NCBI GenBank assembly: GCA_000438075.1
Contig: FR903536.1
Coordinates: forward strand, 30,937 to 94,936
Direction: 5' to 3'
Length of the DNA: 64,000 nucleotides
Source of the DNA: Clostridium sp. CAG:609
GTDB taxonomy: Bacteria > Bacillota_I > Bacilli_A > RF39 > UBA660
The position numbers and the translations under genes were made by a program. Under the pieces are notes generated by a model. The model was given only the letters and a program-made list of their open reading frames with translations. It searched no databases and had not been told where the DNA came from. How positions within the stretch are numbered: position 1 is the stretch's first letter; each line of letters starts with the position of its first letter. Positions 20,301 through 30,056 of this stretch are shown one piece after another.

Positions 20301-22712
20301 TTATTTTTTAGAAGCATTATTATCGTTATACTCACTAGTAAGTTTACGAGCTTTATATTTATTTTCATTTCTAGCCTGTTCTTGCATTTTTTTACGTTGT
20401 TCAAAAATAGCATCAATAATTTTATTAGCTTGTTCATAAGTACGTTTTTCACGTTCATTTTTATTTATCTCAACAGCAATTTCATTATTAATAGATGATC
20501 CTTTTTTAAATGCTTCATTTATCAAAGCCCAACCTTCCAATTGTTTATTATCTTTATCAACAAAAGAAGTAATATCAATTTTATTTCCATCTGAATCTTT
20601 TAAAACACCACTCTTTAAATCATCAATAAATTTTTGATAATTGGTATAGAATTTACCACCATCATCAACTTCTATTTTACTTCCATCGTAGTTAACATAA
20701 ATTCTTTTACCAGATTCATGTGAGGCAGCAGTAACAAATTTTTCTTGCATCATTTTCTCTAAATCCGCTAAATCTAAAGCAGCTTTATTATATGCTTCAT
20801 CATTAATAACTCCAGTTTTGTAATTTTGATCTAATTGAGCTTTTAACGAATTATAATTACCAACTAAACTCATAGATGTCGTCTTATTCATTATTTCAGT
20901 ACGCTTTACATTATAAGTATCTTTTTCTTCTTGAGTTAAAGGTCTTCCACTATAAGCATCATCAAGTTTTTGCAAATCCATTTTTCGTTGAGCATCAGTA
21001 TATTGAATATCCAATTTTTCAAGAATTTTAGAATCACTTTTATGAATTTCATCTAAACCATCATTTTTAAATGTACCTCTAGCATTAGTAATTGTTGCAT
21101 TTTCAACTGAAATATCACGTTTTTTGCTTGATGCACTATTAACTTCAGCAATTTGTATATTATTATTAAGTTTGTTAGTTTCCAATTCTTTAACTTTTTC
21201 AGGTGTTAATTGAATACTATTTCCATTTTCATCTTTAACAGTATAAACTTTATTTTCAATACCATAATCATCCGCCTTATTAGAAGATTCAAAGCCAAAC
21301 ATTCTACGCATACGATCTTTAAAAATTTCAGTTCTAGTTACACCTTGAGCTCTTGCATCTTTATAAGCACGTAATCTGTTTGCTTCTCCCCCAATATTAT
21401 GCAAATCAGCATTTTTCATACCATATTTCCAACCTCTGTAAGCAGCTAAAGGATTTCCTTTAGAAGTAACCAATGAACCAACAGCATTTGCAACTCCGAA
21501 CAATCCACCAGCAGCTAATTTATCTTTTATACCAAGTTTCATACCTCCACTATCAATATGGAATAAATCACATATTAACTTAGGAGCTTGTCTAATAAAC
21601 GTTACAATTCCAAGAATAATTATTACTCTAGCAAATGCTCTTTGCAAAATACCTAATCCAGAAAGTGTTGTTCCAAATACTAAATTCATATCATTCACTA
21701 AAAGAATTAAGTATAATCCTATTACTATAACAAAAACTCTTATAAAGACTTCTAAATATACACTAATAACTTTCTTTAACCATGTTGAAAAAACATCTTT
21801 CATTTTTCCGCCTGGTATTATTCTGCAAATAACAGGTATAGGTGCTATGATTTCAAAAAACAACATTTTAATAAAACGTAAAGCTATATCAAATACAAAA
21901 TTTAACAAAACATATGCTACATAAACACCAACAACAGTTGAAAAGAACCACATATAAGAAAGGTCTCCAGTAACAATAGAGTTAGTAAAATCACTATAAA
22001 CACCAAATCCATATTTACCATACCTAACCATATTATCATAATAGAAGAAAGATGATGTATCAGATGCACCAATCAAACTATTTAAAGCACCAACTCCCAG
22101 ATTAACAAATGGAATAAACTTTGTAATTCCTGTTGCACCTAAAGCAATTTTTTCACCGCAACCTTTTATTTGTTCTTCAGTTAAAGCATCGACGTTTACT
22201 TTATTATCTCCAGCACATTTATCATAATCAACATGTAAAAAAGAATTAAAAATAGAATATGCCATTGTTCTTCCAGGACTAGGTTCAGGATCATCTTCAG
22301 TATTTTGTAAAGTAAACGGATTAGTAATACCATCACCAAATAATATCTTAGGTATAGTATCATTTTCCAAAACAGAAGTTTGAAACTTATAAGCAAAGTT
22401 AAAACATGTTGGTAAAATAGCTATAATGATTATAGAAACAACAATATTTTGCATTAATTTAGAAAATGAAGTATCTCCCTTTGAAAAATTCTCAGGATTT
22501 ATTACAGCTTTCAATAAAGAATACGCTAAAGCAAAAAGCATAACAACACCAAGTATAACATATACATTAGTAACTACTTTATTAATAGTTTCTTGTTCAG
22601 TAGAAAACACGTCAATAGTTGCAATAGCAACAAAAATATCATACAACCAATCAATTATGTTATATACCCAACCATCTAAAGTTAATAATATAGAAAAAAA
22701 TGTTGTAATCAT
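20301..22712 (-). CDS. VirB6-like polytopic T4SS channel protein with a long hydrophilic C-terminal tail
   Basis: 803 aa. About 7-8 TM helices in the first ~430 aa, then a ~370-aa charged, coiled-coil-like tail. Position matches PrgH/Orf15-type proteins. Confidence 0.65.
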   Translation of the reverse strand: MITTFFSILLTLDGWVYNIIDWLYDIFVAIATIDVFSTEQETINKVVTNVYVILGVVMLFALAYSLLKAVINPENFSKGDTSFSKLMQNIVVSIIIIAILPTCFNFAYKFQTSVLENDTIPKILFGDGITNPFTLQNTEDDPEPSPGRTMAYSIFNSFLHVDYDKCAGDNKVNVDALTEEQIKGCGEKIALGATGITKFIPFVNLGVGALNSLIGASDTSSFFYYDNMVRYGKYGFGVYSDFTNSIVTGDLSYMWFFSTVVGVYVAYVLLNFVFDIALRFIKMLFFEIIAPIPVICRIIPGGKMKDVFSTWLKKVISVYLEVFIRVFVIVIGLYLILLVNDMNLVFGTTLSGLGILQRAFARVIIILGIVTFIRQAPKLICDLFHIDSGGMKLGIKDKLAAGGLFGVANAVGSLVTSKGNPLAAYRGWKYGMKNADLHNIGGEANRLRAYKDARAQGVTRTEIFKDRMRRMFGFESSNKADDYGIENKVYTVKDENGNSIQLTPEKVKELETNKLNNNIQIAEVNSASSKKRDISVENATITNARGTFKNDGLDEIHKSDSKILEKLDIQYTDAQRKMDLQKLDDAYSGRPLTQEEKDTYNVKRTEIMNKTTSMSLVGNYNSLKAQLDQNYKTGVINDEAYNKAALDLADLEKMMQEKFVTAASHESGKRIYVNYDGSKIEVDDGGKFYTNYQKFIDDLKSGVLKDSDGNKIDITSFVDKDNKQLEGWALINEAFKKGSSINNEIAVEINKNEREKRTYEQANKIIDAIFEQRKKMQEQARNENKYKARKLTSEYNDNNASKK

Positions 22713-22715
22713 ATA

Positions 22716-23141
22716 TTAATTCACCGTTCCTGTTCCTATTCCACATGTTCCATAAGCACCAAATAAAGACATCAAAAATTCTACAATCATTGGTGTAAAG
22801 AACAATAAAATACAATATATAAATCTCTTAATTGCAGTATTACTAGCTTTCTTTAAAGCATCTTTATCATTTTGAGCTAATGCTTTTATAAAATCTAATG
22901 TTGTTAAAACCAATAAAGCAATAATACCAATATATTTCATTATTTCCAAAGCTTGTTGCATCCAATAAGCTGGTGATCCTTCATCACTAGGTTTGCCAAA
23001 AGCAGCACATTCTTCTTCAATTGTAGCAACATTATTTATGAAGTTATTATTTAAAACACTTGCATTAGCTTTTATCATAAATGAAAAAGAAAATAACATA
23101 GTGATACAAAAAAATAATATATTATTAATTTTCTTATTCAT
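22716..23141 (-). CDS. small secreted two-TM protein, possible VirB2-like pilin/T4SS subunit
   Basis: Signal peptide LFFCITMLFSFSFMIKANA followed by two hydrophobic helices (YIGIIALLVLTTL; FIYCILLFFTPMIVEFLMSLF). It is the first gene of the T4SS operon. AGGAGTG RBS precedes ATG 23141. Confidence 0.45.
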   Translation of the reverse strand: MNKKINNILFFCITMLFSFSFMIKANASVLNNNFINNVATIEEECAAFGKPSDEGSPAYWMQQALEIMKYIGIIALLVLTTLDFIKALAQNDKDALKKASNTAIKRFIYCILLFFTPMIVEFLMSLFGAYGTCGIGTGTVN

Positions 23142-23180
23142 GAAAATCACTCCTAAACCCAAGCAACACTTGATATATAA

Positions 23181-23209
23181 ATTTTATCATAAATATAGAG
23201 TAACGTCAA
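23181..23209 (-). promoter_or_regulatory. sigmaA-type promoter of the T4SS operon
   Basis: Minus strand TTGACG, 17 nt spacer, TAAAAT with an upstream TG (TGATAAAAT). It lies ~40 nt upstream of the first T4SS gene. Confidence 0.6.
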
Positions 23210-23271
23210 TTTGTTTAAAAGATAAATTTATAAAAAGGTTTTAACAAAATAAAAAATATCAATTAAATATT

Positions 23272-23300
23272 TAAAAAAAGAAACTATTTTTTTAGTTTCT
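23272..23300 (-). terminator. intrinsic terminator after the fem genes
   Basis: Minus strand AGAAACUA-AAAAAA-UAGUUUCU followed by UUUUUUU. It overlaps the stop codon of the 23284 gene. Confidence 0.6.
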
Positions 23301-24540
23301 TCAATAATTTATAACCCTTCAAAGCTATTTTATAAGCATAATAAACAAATGGATTAATAACATAATCAAATTCCCCTATTAATTCTGTAATTTCTGGATT
23401 AAATCCTCTCTTTAATTCATAAATACCATAATAAGGACCATTCTTATCCATATCTAAAGATATCCCATAAAAATTAACATACTCTAAATGTTTCTTTATA
23501 GAATCCTCTATATGTTGTCTATAAAAAGCATACTTCGGATTAAATTCTTTATATAAATTATTGGTACCACTCATAAATGTAATACCTTCATTACCCACAA
23601 ATACACTCATCAAAGCCCCAATATTTATTTCTTTATTACTTCTTTTTAAAGATACTGCTTCTTCTAATTTTTTATTATATTTATTTATTTTATTTTCTAA
23701 CTCTTCATGTTTTCTTTTTATTTTATCTCCAACATTTATTTTCTTCATTGTATTATTTAATTCATCTAATTCTTTTTTAGCACCACTTAAAGTACTCCAT
23801 ACATAATTATAATAACACTCTGTATCTATATATGCTAAATATAATGTAATATAATCTCCCATTAAATCTACCATCTTTTTATAATATGATGCAGGTCTAA
23901 CTATGAAATTCTTTAAATTACCAGTATCTTGTAATAACTTAGTAAATATATCTATATTATCTGTATTAATTATCTTACATCTAACACCCATATCATAAGT
24001 CTTATCAATATTCTTTTTTGTTGACTTACTAAATGTATTTAAAGTATCATTATAATTATCCCTTAATTTAATTCTACATAATATCCTTGGTTGTAAATCT
24101 TCAAAATTTTGACTAAATCCCATATGTTTAAAACCTATTTTTTTAAAATTATAATATGCTTCTTCTCCACACTTTTCTTTTAAATTACCGTCACTATCTC
24201 TTAAAGCATAAATAACATTTGGGTCTAACTTTAACATAAAACCATGATTCTTTTTAACATATTTTATTACTTCATCATTAAAATTTTTTAATAAAGAAAA
24301 ATTATATACATCAATTAAATAACCTCTCGGAGAATAAAACAAACTTAACTTCATTGGCATTCTTTTTTCAAGAAGCATAGTTACACCAACTAAGGAATCA
24401 TTTTTATAATACCCAAGTAAATGTCTAACCCATCCAGTTCCACTCTTTAATTCTCCCCACTCAGGTAACTGATAAATAGAAACATAAGGATTCTTTAAAG
24501 CAAACTCTCTAAATATATTTTCATCAATAACTTTAAGCAT
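23284..24540 (-). CDS. FemAB-family peptidoglycan interpeptide-bridge aminoacyltransferase
   Basis: YQLPEWGELK start region, a central coiled-coil insert (KKELDELNNTMKK...KINKYNKKLEEA), and C-terminal YGIYELKRGF. These are typical of FemA/FemB/FemX/MurM. Confidence 0.85.
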   Translation of the reverse strand: MLKVIDENIFREFALKNPYVSIYQLPEWGELKSGTGWVRHLLGYYKNDSLVGVTMLLEKRMPMKLSLFYSPRGYLIDVYNFSLLKNFNDEVIKYVKKNHGFMLKLDPNVIYALRDSDGNLKEKCGEEAYYNFKKIGFKHMGFSQNFEDLQPRILCRIKLRDNYNDTLNTFSKSTKKNIDKTYDMGVRCKIINTDNIDIFTKLLQDTGNLKNFIVRPASYYKKMVDLMGDYITLYLAYIDTECYYNYVWSTLSGAKKELDELNNTMKKINVGDKIKRKHEELENKINKYNKKLEEAVSLKRSNKEINIGALMSVFVGNEGITFMSGTNNLYKEFNPKYAFYRQHIEDSIKKHLEYVNFYGISLDMDKNGPYYGIYELKRGFNPEITELIGEFDYVINPFVYYAYKIALKGYKLLKKLKK

Positions 24541-25766
24541 TATTTCCTCCTTAGTTTTCTATAAACTTTTAACATAACAGGTAACATCTTATACAATAAC
24601 TTATTATTAACTAAATCAAATTCCCCAATAAATTCTATATATTCATCTCCAAATTTTCTTTTAAAATCATGAAGTTTAGCTAAATTCTTATACTTAGTAT
24701 GAGGATCACCTGGGGTACCAAATAAATCAAAAAATTCATAACCTTTATCATATGCATCTTTAATAGCTTCATAATAACTTCTAGTAACAGCAAAAGTAAA
24801 ATTAGCTAAATCATCACTACCAATATATAAACTCCATGCACGTGTTTTAGTATATGTACATATCAAAGAACAAACACATACTTCATCTTTATCAATACCA
24901 CTAAATACTTCTCTTTCTTTTTCTAATCTAGCAATCTTATTTTTAATATCAGCTTCTTTTTTCTTATTAACCTCTAATTCTTTACTCAAATCATCTATTT
25001 CTTTATTTATATTATCAAGCAATTCTTTTGGTCTAATACTAATATTAAAATATTTCATATTATTATCTTTAGACATTTCTTCACTAAATATTTTATAATA
25101 TTCTTCACTATGAGGATCAAACCCATCTTTACTACTATTACTTTTAATCAAACAATAAAAATCATGTACTCTTACTTCATTATCAACTATTAAATTATAA
25201 CTATAACTTCTCTTAACACTTTTCATAAATGATTTATTAAACTTAGCTTCAATTTCTTCCCAAGGCTTTTTCAAATTAATTCTAAAAGTATATCTTGGTT
25301 GATTACCTTCATATAATCTATAAAACCCAGTATGTTTATAACCCAAACTTAACATATAATTATAAAGTTCATAGTTATTTTCTCCACCATCTATTCTTTT
25401 ACCATCTTCATCAATATCTTGATACTTAATATCCGGATCAAACTTAATATAGATTATTTTATTTTGCTTCATATAATCTTTCAAATAATTAGTAAACTCA
25501 TTTATTATTTCTTTATTACTATAATCCAAAACAAAACCCCTCGGTGCATAACCATAACTATACCCAAGCGGAGTTTTCCTTAACAAAATCAAACATGTTG
25601 CAACTAAATTGCCTAAATCATTTTCCATTCCAACATAAACAGGCACTTGTCCTTTTGCTCTTTTGCAAAATAAACCCCATTCATAACTTTGTAAAAAGTG
25701 TGATTTTTTATTACAACTTTCAAATTCATGATATCTTTTTATATCAACATTATCTATAAATTTCAT
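24540..25766 (-). CDS. FemAB-family peptidoglycan interpeptide-bridge aminoacyltransferase (tandem paralogue)
   Basis: HFLQSYEWGLF, a coiled-coil insert (DDLSKELEVNKKKEADIKNKIARLEKE), and LHDFKRKFG. Its stop overlaps the start of the downstream paralogue. Confidence 0.85.
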   Translation of the reverse strand: MKFIDNVDIKRYHEFESCNKKSHFLQSYEWGLFCKRAKGQVPVYVGMENDLGNLVATCLILLRKTPLGYSYGYAPRGFVLDYSNKEIINEFTNYLKDYMKQNKIIYIKFDPDIKYQDIDEDGKRIDGGENNYELYNYMLSLGYKHTGFYRLYEGNQPRYTFRINLKKPWEEIEAKFNKSFMKSVKRSYSYNLIVDNEVRVHDFYCLIKSNSSKDGFDPHSEEYYKIFSEEMSKDNNMKYFNISIRPKELLDNINKEIDDLSKELEVNKKKEADIKNKIARLEKEREVFSGIDKDEVCVCSLICTYTKTRAWSLYIGSDDLANFTFAVTRSYYEAIKDAYDKGYEFFDLFGTPGDPHTKYKNLAKLHDFKRKFGDEYIEFIGEFDLVNNKLLYKMLPVMLKVYRKLRRK

Positions 25767-25907
25767 ACGATGCCTCCATCTCTATACAACATAAGTTTAG
25801 CATACACCACTAAAATTAACAATATTTTTTTGTAAACTTACACATTAGAAATGTTTAAGCATTTACATTATTAAGTAAGTTTGTTAAAATATAAATGGTG
25901 AATATAA

Positions 25908-26447
25908 ATGAATTTATTTGAAATAATATTAATTTTAATTATTATACTGGGAACAATTGCAATATTTTATGCAACAATATACAATAATTTAGTTACATAT
26001 AAATTAAAAATTGATAAATCGGAAGGAATCATTGATGAAGCACTACGTCAAAAATATGATTTAATTGCAAAATTAAATATTCCAATTAAAAATGTTGTTA
26101 CAAAAAAAGATTATTTAAAAGATTATATTGAACTTAAGGATAAAAGAATAAGTAATTATGAACTTGATAGAAAATTAAGCGAAGCATATAACATAATACT
26201 TGAAGTAAAAAATGATCATGAAGAATTAAATACAAAAGAAATAAACAAGGATATCAAAGAAATAGAAAAAATTAATGAAACTTTGGTTTCTTGCAAAACA
26301 TATTTTAACAACAACACTAGTGAACTAAATAAATTAATTAGAAAGTTTCCAACAAATATCGTAGCAAAAATACATGGCTATAAAATTAAACCTTTCTTTG
26401 ATGGAAAAAATATGCAAGATGCTGTTATAGATGATTTTAAACTATAA
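25908..26447 (+). CDS. LemA family protein
   Basis: N-terminal TM helix followed by YNNLVTYKLKIDKSEGIIDEALRQKYDLI, characteristic of LemA. Confidence 0.8.
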   Translation: MNLFEIILILIIILGTIAIFYATIYNNLVTYKLKIDKSEGIIDEALRQKYDLIAKLNIPIKNVVTKKDYLKDYIELKDKRISNYELDRKLSEAYNIILEVKNDHEELNTKEINKDIKEIEKINETLVSCKTYFNNNTSELNKLIRKFPTNIVAKIHGYKIKPFFDGKNMQDAVIDDFKL

Positions 26448-26508
26448 CAGTTTTTATTTGGACAAGTATCCTATACAATAATTTATTTCTTTCATAAAAT
26501 ATAAATGA

Positions 26509-27360
<852 letters not shown>

Positions 27361-27366
27361 GCAAAT

Positions 27367-27394
27367 AAAAATTGATCAATCATGATCAATTTTT
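27367..27394. terminator. bidirectional intrinsic terminator between the collagen-like gene and ung
   Basis: Perfect 12-bp arms AAAAATTGATCA / TGATCAATTTTT with a 4-nt loop. A/T runs lie on both sides. Confidence 0.7.
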
Positions 27395-28052
27395 ATTTAC
27401 TCCAATCTATAGATTTTAAATTATTCTTTACTAAATAATCATTAGTTTTAGAAAAAGGTTTACTTCCAAAGAAACCAGAATAAGCAGAAAAAGGTGATGG
27501 ATGTGGACTAGTTATAATATAGTGATGTGGATTAGTAATAAGTTTAGCTTTCTCTTTAGCAAAGTTTCCCCACAAAATAAATACAACAGGTTCTTCTTTC
27601 ATATTTAAAACTTTAATTATATAATCAGTTAATAATTCCCAACCCCAGTTTCTATGACTTGCAGCTTTATCTTTTTCAACAGTTAAAACAGCATTAAGAA
27701 GTAATACTCCTTGTTTTGCCCAACCAGTTAAATCTCCATCATTCCTAATAGGTACACCTAAATCATCATATAGTTCTTTATAAATATTTTGTAATGAAGG
27801 TGGAACTTTAACTCCTTTTTGAACAGAAAATGAAAGCCCATGAGCTTGATGTTCACCATGATATGGATCTTGTCCCACAATAACCACTTTTGTATCCTTA
27901 TAACTAGTAAGCTTTAAAGCATTAAAAATATAATCTTTCGGTGGATAAATAGTATTAATATCATATTCATGTAATATCTTATGATAAAAATTATTAAATC
28001 CTGGGCTATTCCATACAACTTTTAATAATTCATCCCAATCGTTACCTATCAT
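27393..28052 (-). CDS. ung: uracil-DNA glycosylase
   Basis: GQDPYHG and HGLSFSV motifs, with HPSPFSA near the C-terminus. Confidence 0.95.
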   Translation of the reverse strand: MIGNDWDELLKVVWNSPGFNNFYHKILHEYDINTIYPPKDYIFNALKLTSYKDTKVVIVGQDPYHGEHQAHGLSFSVQKGVKVPPSLQNIYKELYDDLGVPIRNDGDLTGWAKQGVLLLNAVLTVEKDKAASHRNWGWELLTDYIIKVLNMKEEPVVFILWGNFAKEKAKLITNPHHYIITSPHPSPFSAYSGFFGSKPFSKTNDYLVKNNLKSIDWSK

Positions 28053-28849
28053 TTTAAAGCCTCCCGAACTGCGTGCATTATATCATCAAAATTATCTGCA
28101 GCAATTAAAAATCTACTTGAATGACAAAATCTTAAATATGGTGGTAACTTACTAACCCATTCTTTTGGAAAATCTTTTTTTAATTCATTAGTATCAGATG
28201 TTTTTGTTACACCTTGAGCAGCATAACCACCTCTATTTGATGGATAAATTACATAAATAGCATCTGTACTAGGTAAATAATCTTTATAAAATAAAGGTTC
28301 ATCTAATATAATTATTCTCTTATCAACTGCTTCATAATAATATTTTTTAACTTTTTCTATATCTTCTAATCTATGTTTTTGTTTTAAAATCATTCTTTCT
28401 AATATAGCTTTAGCAAATTCTACTGCTTCAAAAAATTCTTTATCGCCATCCGTATTTTCTAATGGATTAAAAACATCAATTGCTAATGCCAAAGCATTAT
28501 AACTTCCTGTATTATCTGATAAATCTAAATCTTGAATTAATCTTCTATCTATTGATTCATAAACATAATCACCATATAACTCTCTTGCAAATTCTCTCCA
28601 TAACTTACCAAATGATGCATAAGGTATACCATTACTTCTAACTTCATTATCTTTCATATGATGATCAAAATAACCCATTCCAATATCAAAAACTAAACCA
28701 TCAAAATCATCTGTAATAATATTACTTCTAACAATTTCGATATCAGGATTTATCACTTTTAAAAAAGCTGCTCCGAATACATCATCAGAATGAAACTTTC
28801 CCCCATGAGTTAATGCTTTTCTTATTTTTTTTACTTCTTCTACTTTCAT
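28049..28849 (-). CDS. MYG1/UPF0160 family metal-dependent hydrolase
   Basis: THGGKFHSDDVFGAAFL N-terminal motif and DHH-like FDHHM. Confidence 0.8.
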   Translation of the reverse strand: MKVEEVKKIRKALTHGGKFHSDDVFGAAFLKVINPDIEIVRSNIITDDFDGLVFDIGMGYFDHHMKDNEVRSNGIPYASFGKLWREFARELYGDYVYESIDRRLIQDLDLSDNTGSYNALALAIDVFNPLENTDGDKEFFEAVEFAKAILERMILKQKHRLEDIEKVKKYYYEAVDKRIIILDEPLFYKDYLPSTDAIYVIYPSNRGGYAAQGVTKTSDTNELKKDFPKEWVSKLPPYLRFCHSSRFLIAADNFDDIMHAVREALK

Positions 28850-28855
28850 AAAACC

Positions 28856-29293
28856 TCACTTATGATAACTTTCATTATTATTTATTTTACAAGCTCTATA
28901 TATTTGTTCAAGTAAAATACCACGAAATAATCCATGGGGAAAAGTCATTGTTGAAAAACTAATCAATTCATCACAAGTATCTGTGATAACCTCATTTAAA
29001 CCTAAAGAACCACCAATAATAAAAGTAATATTACTATTCATTGGTAAAATCTTATCTATTTTTTGTGCAAATTCTACACTTGTATATGACTTTCCCTTTA
29101 AATCAAGTCCAATATTATAATCACTCTTTTTAATATTTTTATATAAATTATCAATTTCCTTTTGATAATCAACATTATCTTTTAATTCAACTATTTCTAA
29201 TTTTATATATTTATTTATTCTTTTCTTATAATCATTTATTAAATCATTTAAATAATCTTCTTTAATTTTTCCAACACACAATATTTTTATCAT
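28856..29293 (-). CDS. rlmH: 23S rRNA (pseudouridine1915-N3)-methyltransferase RlmH
   Basis: SPOUT-type sequence IKILCVGKIKEDYL...ITFIIGGSLGL...SFSTMTFPH. Confidence 0.88.
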   Translation of the reverse strand: MIKILCVGKIKEDYLNDLINDYKKRINKYIKLEIVELKDNVDYQKEIDNLYKNIKKSDYNIGLDLKGKSYTSVEFAQKIDKILPMNSNITFIIGGSLGLNEVITDTCDELISFSTMTFPHGLFRGILLEQIYRACKINNNESYHK

Positions 29294-30054
29294 ATTTCCA
29301 CAACTTCCGTTCTTTCATTTTGCCTTGCACAAGAAATATTATTAAACTTAATATCATTTTCTAAAAAAGTATTATTAATAGTTTCTAGTGCAATACTTTC
29401 TAAATTATTTGTTTCACTTAAATGGATTAAAATAATCTTTTTAGTTTTATTACCAATTAATTTAGAAAGGTATATTGATGCATCTTTATTACACAAATGT
29501 CCTTCACTTGATAAAACACGTTTTTTTAACCAATCAGGATAAGGACCATGTGTAAGAAGTTCAATATCATGATTACTTTCAAATAAATAAACATCCAAAT
29601 TTTTTAAATATTTAAAATTTCTATAATTAACATAACCTGTATCTGTAACATAACATATACTTTTACCATTACATTCAAAAACATAATTTCTAGAATCCGG
29701 AGCATCATGACTAGATTTAAAGGAAGTAACATGTACTCCCTCTAAATCTATAGTATCTTCAACTATTATAACATGTTTATATTCACTTATATCAGGTATT
29801 GAATAAAACATTTTCTCACTAATAATTAAAGCAGCTCCAGTTTTATCTAACACAGTTTTTAATCCTGCAATGTGATCTGTATGATTATGAGTTATAACTA
29901 CATAATCTACATCTTTAATATTAACACCAATTTCTTTTAAATTTTCATTAATATATTTATAGTTTCTACCAGCATCTAATAAAAACTTTTTTCTTCCAAT
30001 TTCTAAATAAGTAACATTACCTTTAGAACCACTTGATAAAACTACTACCTTCAT
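29290..30054 (-). CDS. MBL-fold metallo-hydrolase (YycJ/WalJ-like)
   Basis: HNHTDHIAG metal motif. Synteny next to rlmH matches other Bacillota. Confidence 0.85.
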   Translation of the reverse strand: MKVVVLSSGSKGNVTYLEIGRKKFLLDAGRNYKYINENLKEIGVNIKDVDYVVITHNHTDHIAGLKTVLDKTGAALIISEKMFYSIPDISEYKHVIIVEDTIDLEGVHVTSFKSSHDAPDSRNYVFECNGKSICYVTDTGYVNYRNFKYLKNLDVYLFESNHDIELLTHGPYPDWLKKRVLSSEGHLCNKDASIYLSKLIGNKTKKIILIHLSETNNLESIALETINNTFLENDIKFNNISCARQNERTEVVEI

Positions 30055-30056
30055 AA

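Larger units (their letters stand above)
11590..23209 (-). other. Gram-positive type IV secretion (T4SS) gene cluster, no DNA-processing or integration genes in the window
   Basis: Contiguous co-oriented genes for a VirB2-like protein, a VirB6-like protein, a PrgI-like protein, VirB4 (two ORFs), a hydrolase, an anchored protein and VirD4. The cluster is bounded by the promoter at 23181-23209 and the terminator at 11590-11610. Confidence 0.8.
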
